Positions 62,772 through 64,000 of a stretch of DNA of 64,000 nt are shown one piece after another. The first letter of the stretch is position 1; each line of letters begins with the position of its first letter. Source of the DNA: Iphione sp. A-MEVVRFRX5 (Eukaryota); NCBI GenBank assembly GCA_976226885.1, contig OZ320316.1, positions 97,092,001 to 97,156,000 on the forward strand, in the 5' to 3' direction. Made by a program: the position numbers and the translations under genes. The notes below the pieces were generated by a model. That model was not told the origin of the DNA. It searched no databases and saw nothing but the letters and a program-made list of their open reading frames with translations.

Positions 62772-63198
62772 GGTAATGAATTTTGAAATCTCTAAAAATT
62801 TTAGTAATCACTATAATAGCCTTGTATGCACAAAAAAGAAAGTTCTTTGAAAAGGACACTAGGCTTCACTGCAGGCGTAATATAAACTCAACCTGCAGAG
62901 CAAACCAAAAGAAGGGGCAGTTTTGCCTTCCCCAACCTATACTATAGGCCTATATAACAAAACCAGCTCTCATAGATGCCTGGTCCCTCCAGTGATTGGA
63001 GGGTTCATACTGTACAATACATGCACCAATGCAACAATTCAATAATAAGGACAACCCATGGGGGAGGTGTATTTTACCTGATTCCATTTACATGTAAAAC
63101 ACAATAAAACATTCAGGAATGAGGGCAATTCCCTGTTGAGGGCAAAAATCTCTGGTCCTAGTTCATGGTCGCATTACCGAGTGGACATTGTATGGCAG

Positions 63199-63270
63199 TC
63201 CTCGATAGTATAGTGGTTAGTATCCCCGCCTGTCACGCGGGAGACCGGGGTTCAATTCCCCGTCGGGGAG
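63199..63270 (+). tRNA. trnD-GTC: tRNA-Asp(GTC)
   Basis: Identical 72-nt copy; T-run ~10 nt downstream. Confidence 0.98.
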
Positions 63271-63374
63271 TCGATTCAATTTTGAAATTCCCATTCCAAG
63301 AACATTAAATTCTTTATGCAGTAAAAATAAAATCATGTCAAAGGCATGCTACAATACAATGCTACATGTAGCAA

Positions 63375-63446
63375 TCCTCGATAGTATAGTGGTTAGTATC
63401 CCCGCCTGTCACGCGGGAGACCGGGGTTCAATTCCCCGTCGGGGAG
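63375..63446 (+). tRNA. trnD-GTC: tRNA-Asp(GTC)
   Basis: Identical 72-nt copy; TTTTT ~9 nt downstream. Confidence 0.98.
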
Positions 63447-64000
63447 GTAAGGCATTTTTAAGTCCAACATAACGCAACGAGAAGAAACTTCAGTTCCAAA
63501 CATACACATGTACATATACTGGATCCTTTTCACATCTATATGAGTGTCAATTTAAAACGCATTGGCAGTGCCGGCTCAGAAATAAGACAACTAATAGGAC
63601 TAGAAAATATATTTAACGAGTTTCCATACAGAGCTTTATTATACTATGGAAAGTAAACCATTGAGACCAGCCAAGCTTGTCATTAATTTAGTCACTTGTA
63701 GTGACAGGAGGTAGCTGTACATGAGGTTATGAAATGCATTTCAACGGATGGATCGATCGATGTGTTAATGTGCAGAACCGAGTAAAAAGTGATATCTTTT
63801 CCTTATCTACATCCTTACACCTTTGTGTACATCATTTATTACTCTAAAATCTATTCTCTCAACGTCTATAGTTCTCTGAATTGTCCTACAAGTCATGAAG
63901 ACTCCATGCAGTCTTTATTAACATCTTACACAAATTATTTCCATTCAAGTACCGTGGAACGAGCATCTTTGACACTTGGGGTCAGTTTCCATACTTGTGT

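Overview
Repeat-rich eukaryotic (metazoan, probably invertebrate) draft-assembly DNA with six N-gaps and many (CA)n/(GA)n/(AAG)n/(AAC)n microsatellites. Only one host gene is recognisable: the last two coding exons of nucleoporin NUP54 (+ strand, 17746-17856 and 28218-28337). Directly downstream lies a ~2.5-kb array of about 16 degenerate head-to-tail copies of that exon's 3' part, stop codon included. Other features are a full-length I-group LINE on the minus strand (53458-59449; 12-bp TSD, gag-like ORF1, APE-RT-RNaseH ORF2 broken by one TGA), three identical tRNA-Asp(GTC) genes (62.7-63.4 kb), a probable solo LTR packed with CCAAT and kappaB-like sites, two MITEs and older LINE fragments. 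There is also an orphan CpG-rich promoter-like island at ~4.8-5.6 kb and several short, stop-riddled but protein-like islands of unknown, possibly viral or transposon, origin. Most ORFs in the supplied track are microsatellite or shadow artefacts. All homology calls are from memory of family motifs; no searches were run.
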